Below, in pieces: positions 57,827-64,000 of a DNA stretch of 64,000 nucleotides. The position numbers and the translations under genes were made by a program. The stretch comes from Bdellovibrionales bacterium. GTDB lineage: Bacteria; Bdellovibrionota; Bdellovibrionia; Bdellovibrionales; UBA1609. Each line of letters opens with the position of its first letter. Within the stretch, counting starts at the first letter, position 1. Below the pieces are notes generated by a model that worked only from the letters and a program-made list of their open reading frames with translations, did no database searches and was not told where the DNA came from. The stretch is taken from the NCBI GenBank assembly GCA_050246815.1, contig JBFWVI010000006.1, forward strand, positions 35,420 to 99,419. Reading direction: 5' to 3'.

Positions 57827-58735
57827 TTGCAGTTCTTATGGGCCGTGTTGCTGGGCTTTGTGCTTTGTGTTTGCACCGTTTTTGCCGACCAACCCCAAAT
57901 TCCTGTATGCACGGTTCAATACCCGGCGCCTCAGATTCAAGCGGCCATAAAAAACAAGCGCCTGCTTTTCATTGGCGAGTCGCACACCAATTCACCTAAA
58001 CCCATCAGCCAAGCCAAAATCTTCGACCAACTTTGCGGCTTGAATCGCCCCGTCATCCTGCTGACCGAGTTTATTTGGCCCAGCTGGCAGGCCAATTTGA
58101 ATCGATTTTTAAACACTCCCACCGCTAACGACTTTCAGGCCGCACAAGAATTTATCGTGCGAAATGTAGGCACCTCCAGCATGCAAAAGGCGCAACAGCA
58201 ATACGCCGACCGTTTTGCCGAATTTTTAGTCTGGGCCAAACAGACTAGCTTGCCGATGGTGGGAATCGACGCCGACAATTTTGGCGATCAGCGGCCCCAT
58301 GTGGCGCACACTCAAGTGCCTGCGGCCCTCTTGCAGACTGTGATTCAAGAATTTAAAATTAGCGATCACATGCTTGATCCAGTGACTTATCGTGACATGA
58401 ATATGGCCACACAGATCTTGCGCGTCCACCGCCTAATGCCGCCCGAAGCCTTGATCGTGGTTTATGCCGGCTCGTTGCACACCAGCCGGCTCCCCACACT
58501 GCTGGCTGAAGCGGGGGTTGCGCTTCCCCAAATGCTGTCACTTTATATGGGTTATGGGACTGGCCCTATGACCCGGGCGCAACTGGTCTTAAAGGCAACG
58601 TCTTCTGCGCCCGACACTTTATTTTTGGCACCCTTTGATGACATTAAAGGCATGCAAAAGTACGCGTTGGCGCTGCAAAAAATCATCTATCAATCAGGGG
58701 TCTTCGCCAAATACCTGGCACCCGCTTCGCAATAG
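57827..58735 (+). CDS. Secreted ChaN/Tiki-superfamily-like protein
   Basis: 302 aa, TTG start 3 nt after the previous stop. Signal peptide. RLLFIGESHTN and LIVVYAGSLHTSRL resemble the ChaN (haem-binding uptake, Tiki superfamily) pattern. Confidence 0.5.
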   Translation: MQFLWAVLLGFVLCVCTVFADQPQIPVCTVQYPAPQIQAAIKNKRLLFIGESHTNSPKPISQAKIFDQLCGLNRPVILLTEFIWPSWQANLNRFLNTPTANDFQAAQEFIVRNVGTSSMQKAQQQYADRFAEFLVWAKQTSLPMVGIDADNFGDQRPHVAHTQVPAALLQTVIQEFKISDHMLDPVTYRDMNMATQILRVHRLMPPEALIVVYAGSLHTSRLPTLLAEAGVALPQMLSLYMGYGTGPMTRAQLVLKATSSAPDTLFLAPFDDIKGMQKYALALQKIIYQSGVFAKYLAPASQ

Positions 58736-58863
58736 GGTTTCCACGAGTTTTATAATCGTGGGTGGCTGAATGTGAAACGTGCTGCACTGCAAATTTTGTT
58801 GGCACGGCCTATGCTTACATTATTTTTCTGCGGCCCACCTTCTTTATTGTAGGAGCATTGGAA

Positions 58864-59250
58864 ATGGTTTTGTCGAAAATTTTGACGTTTGGGTTCATTT
58901 TTGCCGCTAATGGGGCTTATGCAACACCGTCGTTGCGTGCGGACGCTGTGAAAGAGATGACTTGCCATCAGGCCATTGCCGAGATGCAAAACCGCATCGC
59001 GCTGAACGAGCAGTTGGGCAGTGCCTACCTGGAAACAATGGCGACTCTCGAGCAAGTTTATTCCAGTTGGGGGAATCGGCTCAGCAAAGAGCAGCCTGCT
59101 CAAAAACAAACTGAAATTGGAGCCTTTTTTCTCAAGTCCGCCGAAAGCACTCGCGAAGCCCGCATAAAGTCGGCTCAAACGGTTAGCGCTCTGGCCACAG
59201 AAACTCGACTGCTGATGGATCGCATCGCTCGGGTTTGCGCTGAAAAGTAA
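58864..59250 (+). CDS. Small secreted helical protein
   Basis: ATG 58864 after AGGAG gives MVLSKILTFGFIFAANGAYA. 128 aa (ORF track start 58762). Confidence 0.55.
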   Translation: MVLSKILTFGFIFAANGAYATPSLRADAVKEMTCHQAIAEMQNRIALNEQLGSAYLETMATLEQVYSSWGNRLSKEQPAQKQTEIGAFFLKSAESTREARIKSAQTVSALATETRLLMDRIARVCAEK

Positions 59251-59418
59251 CTTCAGGCGCCTGACGCGATAAAAAAACTTGGATTGGCAGTATTTTATCT
59301 AAAAACCTCAATCCATGTTTTTGACCTTCAAAAAAGAGAAAAATTAAAAACTCGCTGAAAAACCAATTTTTCACATCATCGCTCACATTCGCAGACAAAT
59401 TGGTATATCTAAAAAGAG

Positions 59419-60669
59419 ATGGTCAATTACCTGTACATGGACATGAATTCGTTCTTCGCCTCTTGCGAACAGCAAGAAAACCCCGACCTGCGCGGCAAGC
59501 CCGTGGCGGTGGTCCCCATGATGGCCGACACCACCTTTTGCATCGCCGCCAGCTACCAAGCGAAAAAATTTGGCGTGAAAACCGGCGTCCGCGTGGGGGA
59601 TGCGAAAAGAATGTGTCCGGGTTTGAAACTGGTGGTCGCGGGGCACGCCAATTATGTGCGTTACCATCACCGCGTGAAAGAAGTTTTAGAAAGCTGTGTG
59701 CCTGTCGACAGCGTGCAGTCCATCGACGAGTTTTGTGCCGAACTGACGGGCTCGCAGCAGCAAGTTCCGGTGGCGACCCAGCTTGTCGCCAAAATCAAAA
59801 AGGCGATCAAAGAGCAAATCGGCGAATGCGTGACGGCTTCAATTGGCCTTGGGCCCAACATTCTGCTCGCCAAGATGGCCGCCGATATGCAAAAACCAGA
59901 TGGCCTGACCGTGATTCAAAAAACCGAACTCCCCCAAGCGCTTTATTCATTAAAGCCGCGCGATGTGCCCGGCATTGGCGCGCGCATGGAGGCCCGCCTG
60001 CACGAAAAAGGCATCACCACTATGCAACAGTTGTTGAGCCTGAACGAACATCAAATGCGCGCGGTCTGGGGCGGGGTCGTGGGCGCGCGCTATCATCAAC
60101 TGCTCAAGGGCGAACATATTCCCTATTGGTTTCAAAACGAGGCCACCAAATCGATCAGTCATCAGCACGTGTTGCCGCCCAAAGAGCGCAATCCTAAAGA
60201 CGCTTTACTGGTCTTAAAGCGTCTGCTTTCAAAGGCGGCCCTGCGTTTACGCCGAGGGGGCTTTATGGCCCGCCGTCTTGGGGTTTACGTCAAAACGATC
60301 GAAGGTCAGCGCCACAATCAAGAAATCTCGTTTCACGAAAGCCAAAGCACCAGCGTTTTTTTTAATCATCTGAACAGAATGTATTTTCATCTGCAAGTGC
60401 GGGGACGCCCCATGAAGGTCGCCGTTGTTTTAAGCGACTTTATTCCCGAACAGCAGCATCAATTTTCGCTCTTTGAAAATGACCGCGTGAATGAAGTTTT
60501 CAAAGCTGTCGATAAGATCAATACCAAGTACGGCAAAGACACGGTCTATCTAAGTTCCATGCACCAATCGGTCAAGTCGGCCCCAACTCGCATCGCGTTT
60601 AGCCGCATCCCTGAGCTCGATGAAATCGAATCTGTCGCGCAAAAGCCGCTTGCCAAAAAACTCACTTAA
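59419..60669 (+). CDS. dinB: Y-family DNA polymerase (DinB/ImpB type)
   Basis: 416 aa. YMDMNSFFASCEQ (catalytic Asp), SIDEF, GIGARMEARLHEKGITT (HhH). Confidence 0.85.
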   Translation: MVNYLYMDMNSFFASCEQQENPDLRGKPVAVVPMMADTTFCIAASYQAKKFGVKTGVRVGDAKRMCPGLKLVVAGHANYVRYHHRVKEVLESCVPVDSVQSIDEFCAELTGSQQQVPVATQLVAKIKKAIKEQIGECVTASIGLGPNILLAKMAADMQKPDGLTVIQKTELPQALYSLKPRDVPGIGARMEARLHEKGITTMQQLLSLNEHQMRAVWGGVVGARYHQLLKGEHIPYWFQNEATKSISHQHVLPPKERNPKDALLVLKRLLSKAALRLRRGGFMARRLGVYVKTIEGQRHNQEISFHESQSTSVFFNHLNRMYFHLQVRGRPMKVAVVLSDFIPEQQHQFSLFENDRVNEVFKAVDKINTKYGKDTVYLSSMHQSVKSAPTRIAFSRIPELDEIESVAQKPLAKKLT

Positions 60670-60746
60670 GTGATTTGAACAAATTATCATGAAAAAAACG
60701 ATTTTTCTAATGACGACGTCGGTTGGATCCGCTAGTTGCCTGCGCC

Positions 60747-61628
60747 ATGAATAATTGGGTTAAAAAATTCATTTTAGTTGTTGCGGCTTTGACTTGCATC
60801 AACGCTTTGGCTGGCGGCAAACGGGATTATTACGAAGTTTTGGGAGTAGCCCAAAACGCCCCGGATCAAGATATCAAAGAAGCCTACCGCAAACTGGCCA
60901 TGAAACATCACCCTGACCGCCCAGAAAATCAAAGAAGTTCCAAGTCCGCGGAAGAAAAATTTAAAGAGATCAAAGAAGCCTATGAGACTCTTTCAAACCC
61001 GCAAAAACGATCGGATTATGACCGATACACTTTGGGGCGCGCCACCAATCATGGTGACCCACCCAGGACAGAGCAAAATCCACAAGACGAGTCCAGCTTT
61101 GAATTTCGCGGCTTTGCACATGAACCGAGCTCCGCCGGTGAAGCGCTAGTGCAGCTTTTACTTCGACACCAGGAGCTTAGCTTCGAAGATATGGTGGTGA
61201 TCGCTGTTGCAAAAGTTGCGGAGCTGGTACACTTGACCCCTTACCCGCGAAGATTCGACGTTCAGTCGCAAATGAGCGTCCTAAACGATCTATTGGCGCA
61301 CACTAGCTCTTTAGTCAAAAATCATTTTGATGTCATGGGGGCCATCCACAGAGCTATCTTCTTAGTGATCGCCAAAATCGCGCCGGTCTCGCGCGAAGCT
61401 TATGAGATTTACTTTCAGCATGCCTATGATGCCCTCAATTCGCAACTTCCGGCGACAGATGTACGATTTAGTCACCGTATTCAACAGTCTTTGGATTTTG
61501 CTCAACTCACAAAGGCCTCGATAAGACGACCACATCAAAATTGTGATTCATTTTTAGGTGTGGCCACTTTCACCGACCATACTGGACGAAATTTCACTAT
61601 ACCCACCAGAACTAAAACTGGCCTTTAG
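60747..61628 (+). CDS. J-domain protein with N-terminal signal peptide or TM anchor
   Basis: [24 protein letters not shown], then DYYEVLGV...[14 protein letters not shown] (HPD). About 180-aa C-terminal region of unknown family (ORF track start 60723). Confidence 0.8.
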   Translation: MNNWVKKFILVVAALTCINALAGGKRDYYEVLGVAQNAPDQDIKEAYRKLAMKHHPDRPENQRSSKSAEEKFKEIKEAYETLSNPQKRSDYDRYTLGRATNHGDPPRTEQNPQDESSFEFRGFAHEPSSAGEALVQLLLRHQELSFEDMVVIAVAKVAELVHLTPYPRRFDVQSQMSVLNDLLAHTSSLVKNHFDVMGAIHRAIFLVIAKIAPVSREAYEIYFQHAYDALNSQLPATDVRFSHRIQQSLDFAQLTKASIRRPHQNCDSFLGVATFTDHTGRNFTIPTRTKTGL

Positions 61629-61728
61629 GGCCTGAGCTTGACAACTGGACCAAAGTCGATCGGGCGGTTTTTGACACCAAGGCCCGGGCCGTGGTCTCAT
61701 GGATAATATCGAAAAGGATTTTTAAGCC

Positions 61729-63096
61729 GTGCTGCATTTCGCCCAAACGATTTTAGTCGGATTCACCTCGATGAGCCTGCACACCGACCCAAGCTTCGGA
61801 GCGATCACGCTGACCGGTGTGAGTGGCGCCTCGGCCTCAAACATCGCCACCGGGGTTGCGCCGTCGATTTACGGCGGCGTGGCCGGCACTTGTGCTGCGG
61901 CCACCACCAGCACTTGTGACAGCTGCGCCAACACGGCCACACTGTCTATCTGCAATCGTGCCCGTATCACCTCCAGCACCATTTTAAGTATCTCTTACAA
62001 GTCCAGCACAGCCGCAGGTCGGCCCATCGTCACCAGCGACAATGCCACTGTGATTCAACTCGGGGTGGGCTCGGTGCCCATCAACAGCACAGCCACGATC
62101 AGTTTTCCCTGGAGCAGTGTCTGCCAAGTGATGACCAACAACACCGCCACTTGCGACCAGGCCAGCGTGGAAACCACCTCCCACGCAATCAAAGTGGGTA
62201 TTGATGCCAATAGCAACGGAGCTCTTGAGTCGAACGAAGATCAAACTTCAGTCACGGTTCAGGTACTCAGCCCCGACCCAACGGCCTTAGGCGATAAAGA
62301 CACCATCGACGATTGCACCACCAATAGCGCCGGCGACAATAGCCCGGGTGTGTGCGGCTTCTTGGCGTACCCCGGTGACGAGAAAATTTTCTTTGAAGAC
62401 ACCGAAGCCGGCTCTGGGTTTCCGACCACTTTGACTGGAACCATTAAAAGCATTAACGTTTACGCCTCGACCACGGGTTTTATTACAGGCCCTGCCGGCG
62501 TCACCCCCAAAGTTTTGACCATCGAGCAAACCACGGACGGATTTGAGATCACCAACAAAATCGTCGACGGTCTTGAAAACGGCGTGCCCCATTATTTCCG
62601 CACCAGCGTTTCAGATGCTGCAGGCAACGAGATGTACTTCACCAGCGACGCCTCGATCACCGCCAACTGCAACGGGGTTGTGCCACCGGCGATCCCCAAC
62701 TTCCCATTTGACGGCACTGGCGGCGGCGACCTTTGCCCCTTCGCCGCCGTGCCCGATGAAGTTGTGGGTCTGCTGAACGAAGATCTGAATTGTTTTATCG
62801 CCACGGCCGCCTTTGGTTCGACTTTTCACCCGCTGGTCGCGGACCTGCGCCACTTTCGTGATCAATTTTTAAAGCCCTACGCTTTTGGACGCCAATTTGT
62901 CGAGTGGTACTACAGTTGGAGCCCCAGAGCGGCCTCGTGGTTGCGCGATCACAAGTGGTCATTGCCGATCACGCGTATGGCGCTTGTGCCTTTTTGGTTT
63001 ATCGCCAAAGCCATCACCTGGTGGCCGATCACGGTGGCCTTGGGTCTGGTGATGCTGGGCCTACGCCGGCGCAGACAGGTGAAGCGTGCCCATTAA
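61729..63096 (+). CDS. Cys/Thr/Ser-rich protein with CFIATAAFGS-type C-terminal anchor domain
   Basis: 455 aa (GTG 61729, or ATG 61771). C-terminus NCFIATAAFGS...LRHFRDQFL...FVEWYYSWSPRAASWL, then a TM and RRRRQVKRAH. Confidence 0.7.
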   Translation: MLHFAQTILVGFTSMSLHTDPSFGAITLTGVSGASASNIATGVAPSIYGGVAGTCAAATTSTCDSCANTATLSICNRARITSSTILSISYKSSTAAGRPIVTSDNATVIQLGVGSVPINSTATISFPWSSVCQVMTNNTATCDQASVETTSHAIKVGIDANSNGALESNEDQTSVTVQVLSPDPTALGDKDTIDDCTTNSAGDNSPGVCGFLAYPGDEKIFFEDTEAGSGFPTTLTGTIKSINVYASTTGFITGPAGVTPKVLTIEQTTDGFEITNKIVDGLENGVPHYFRTSVSDAAGNEMYFTSDASITANCNGVVPPAIPNFPFDGTGGGDLCPFAAVPDEVVGLLNEDLNCFIATAAFGSTFHPLVADLRHFRDQFLKPYAFGRQFVEWYYSWSPRAASWLRDHKWSLPITRMALVPFWFIAKAITWWPITVALGLVMLGLRRRRQVKRAH

Positions 63097-64000
63097 ACGC
63101 CTGCTGTTGATCTTGGCCTTGTCGCTGTCGGCCCCGGCCCTGTGGGCGGCGCCGGCCACCAGCACGAAGTTGCCAACCAAGAAGGCGCAAAGACCCGCAC
63201 CGGAATCTGAAGACGTCGAAGACACTGAAGATCAATTCTTCAATGACGAAGAAGAAGAGGGAGAGCCCCTGCCCGAAGAAGAAGCCGAGGCCGAATATCC
63301 CCAAGAGGATCCCGCCGACGACATCGTAGAAAGCAACCAAAACCCCGACGACGAAGGTATCGAATACGCCGAAGAGGCCGAAAAAAACGAACGCGAACGG
63401 CAAAAACGTATCGAAGAGCGCAAAAAAGCTCTGATGAAACCTAAGCCCGCCGTCGATGAACCCATGCCTTTGATCAAACGCCAACGCGAGGCCATGCAGT
63501 ATTCGACCAAACAGGCCAATAAATACATCCGCCACCCATTGGCTAAAAAAGGGCTGACCAAAATCACCCGCGACAAAATTTACGTCTACAAAACCAAACC
63601 CTCGGATCAAAGCAAGGCCTCCAGTGTGCGTTTTGGAATGCTGAACCCCACCGAATTGCAAAACCCCGACACCGGGGTGGTCTTCACTGATTTTTACGAT
63701 GGCAACAACTTCGCGTTGCTTTACGACTATGAATGGCAGCTGTTTAGAAAATTTGGCAAATTTGGACTGAAGTTAGGCACGGGTCTTGGTGTGGCCTCGG
63801 GCAATGGCCAATTTAAAAACGGCGCGACCTTGAACGGCGCCATTGAGCCCAAAGAAAAATTCACCTTTCTGGTGGCGCCCACCACCGCTGGCGCGATTAT
63901 CCGCCTGCAGTTTTGGGACAATCAATTGTTGGTCCCCTACGGCGAGGGCGGCGGCGCGGTCTTTGGTTTCAGCGAACTGCGCGACGACGGCAAAAAACCC
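63086..64000 (+). CDS. Secreted acidic protein with beta-rich C-terminal part (partial; continues past the right edge)
   Basis: Not in the ORF track because there is no stop in the window. GTG 63086 follows an in-frame TGA and overlaps the upstream gene by 11 nt. My translation: VPIKRLLLILALSLSAPALWA (signal), an E/D-rich segment (EDVEDTEDQFFNDEEEEGEPLPEEEAEAEY), then G/F/Y-rich strands. 305 codons stay open to the window end. Confidence 0.7.
   Translation, partial: MPIKRLLLILALSLSAPALWAAPATSTKLPTKKAQRPAPESEDVEDTEDQFFNDEEEEGEPLPEEEAEAEYPQEDPADDIVESNQNPDDEGIEYAEEAEKNERERQKRIEERKKALMKPKPAVDEPMPLIKRQREAMQYSTKQANKYIRHPLAKKGLTKITRDKIYVYKTKPSDQSKASSVRFGMLNPTELQNPDTGVVFTDFYDGNNFALLYDYEWQLFRKFGKFGLKLGTGLGVASGNGQFKNGATLNGAIEPKEKFTFLVAPTTAGAIIRLQFWDNQLLVPYGEGGGAVFGFSELRDDGKKP

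Noticed and set aside
59251-59418. Looked for an SOS/LexA operator upstream of the Y-family polymerase gene
   Set aside because: No CTGT-N8-ACAG or TTAC-N3-GTAA-type palindrome is visible in the 168-nt upstream region. The only palindrome is TCAGGCGCCTGA, directly after the previous stop. SOS control cannot be claimed.
59400-60197. 265-aa plus-strand ORF overlapping the 5' half of the Y-family polymerase gene in another frame
   Set aside because: The translation is extremely Arg/Gly/Pro-rich with no recognisable motif. The overlapping frame (59419-60669) has clear polymerase motifs. This is a typical out-of-frame artefact.
60689-60754. 21-codon mini-[24 protein letters not shown] upstream of, and overlapping, the J-domain gene start
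   Set aside because: It is too short to support as a gene and has no SD. It is mentioned only as a possible indel indicator under the J-domain finding.
63029-63661. 210-aa minus-strand ORF antisense to the last gene
   Set aside because: The Phe/Gly-rich translation is simply the antisense reading of the GAA/GAC-rich acidic region. The plus-strand frame has a signal peptide and stays open to the window end.
1-64000. Scan for CRISPR arrays, tRNA/rRNA genes, IS elements and long direct repeats
   Set aside because: No regularly spaced repeats, no tRNA-like T-arm/acceptor sequences in intergenic gaps, and no transposase-like ORFs were seen. A by-eye scan cannot exclude short or degenerate elements.

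Overview
64 kb of a roughly 50% GC Gram-negative chromosome, densely coding. Gene content suggests a Bdellovibrio-like predatory bacterium: TIGR02147-type and DUF3015-like proteins, many signal-peptide or lipoprotein ORFs, motAB, and a dcw cluster without mraZ. That taxonomic call is inference only. The backbone is the dcw division/cell-wall cluster on the minus strand, and it is split in two. One half is rsmH-ftsL-ftsI-murE-murF-mraY-murD (33084 down to 24508). The other is ftsW-murG-murC-murB-ddl-ftsQ (6485 down to 1). About 18 kb (6486-24507) lies between murD and ftsW. It holds a tightly packed four-gene operon: a met-zincin lipoprotein, a giant lipoprotein, a small OM beta-barrel and a paralogous giant lipoprotein, reading straight into ftsW. 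Opposite it is a convergent plus-strand block: AI-2E permease, DUF3015-like protein, a Cys-rich HExxHxxGxxD protease with an overlapping partner, a TIGR02147 HTH protein and a secreted beta-helix-like protein. A 26-nt perfect inverted repeat sits right after murD. The four-gene operon embedded in dcw is my best candidate for an undescribed system. To the right of dcw are housekeeping and envelope genes: a zinc-ribbon protein, Bcp peroxiredoxin with a histone-H1-like Lys-rich tail, tdk, hpt, thioesterase, an MltD-like transglycosylase, PBP4, LspA fused to a 2TM-HAMP-like module, a DEDDh exonuclease with a WYL-like tail, an SDR, motAB, a lipase-like hydrolase, an HK/RR pair, dsbD and rluB. These are followed by a run of secreted proteins of unknown function, a Y-family polymerase, a J-domain protein with a signal-like N-terminus, and a CFIATAAFGS C-terminal-domain protein translationally coupled to an acidic secreted protein that runs off the right edge. 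I found no rRNA, tRNA, CRISPR array, transposase or integrase. All family assignments rest on motifs read from the translations. No database search was possible.
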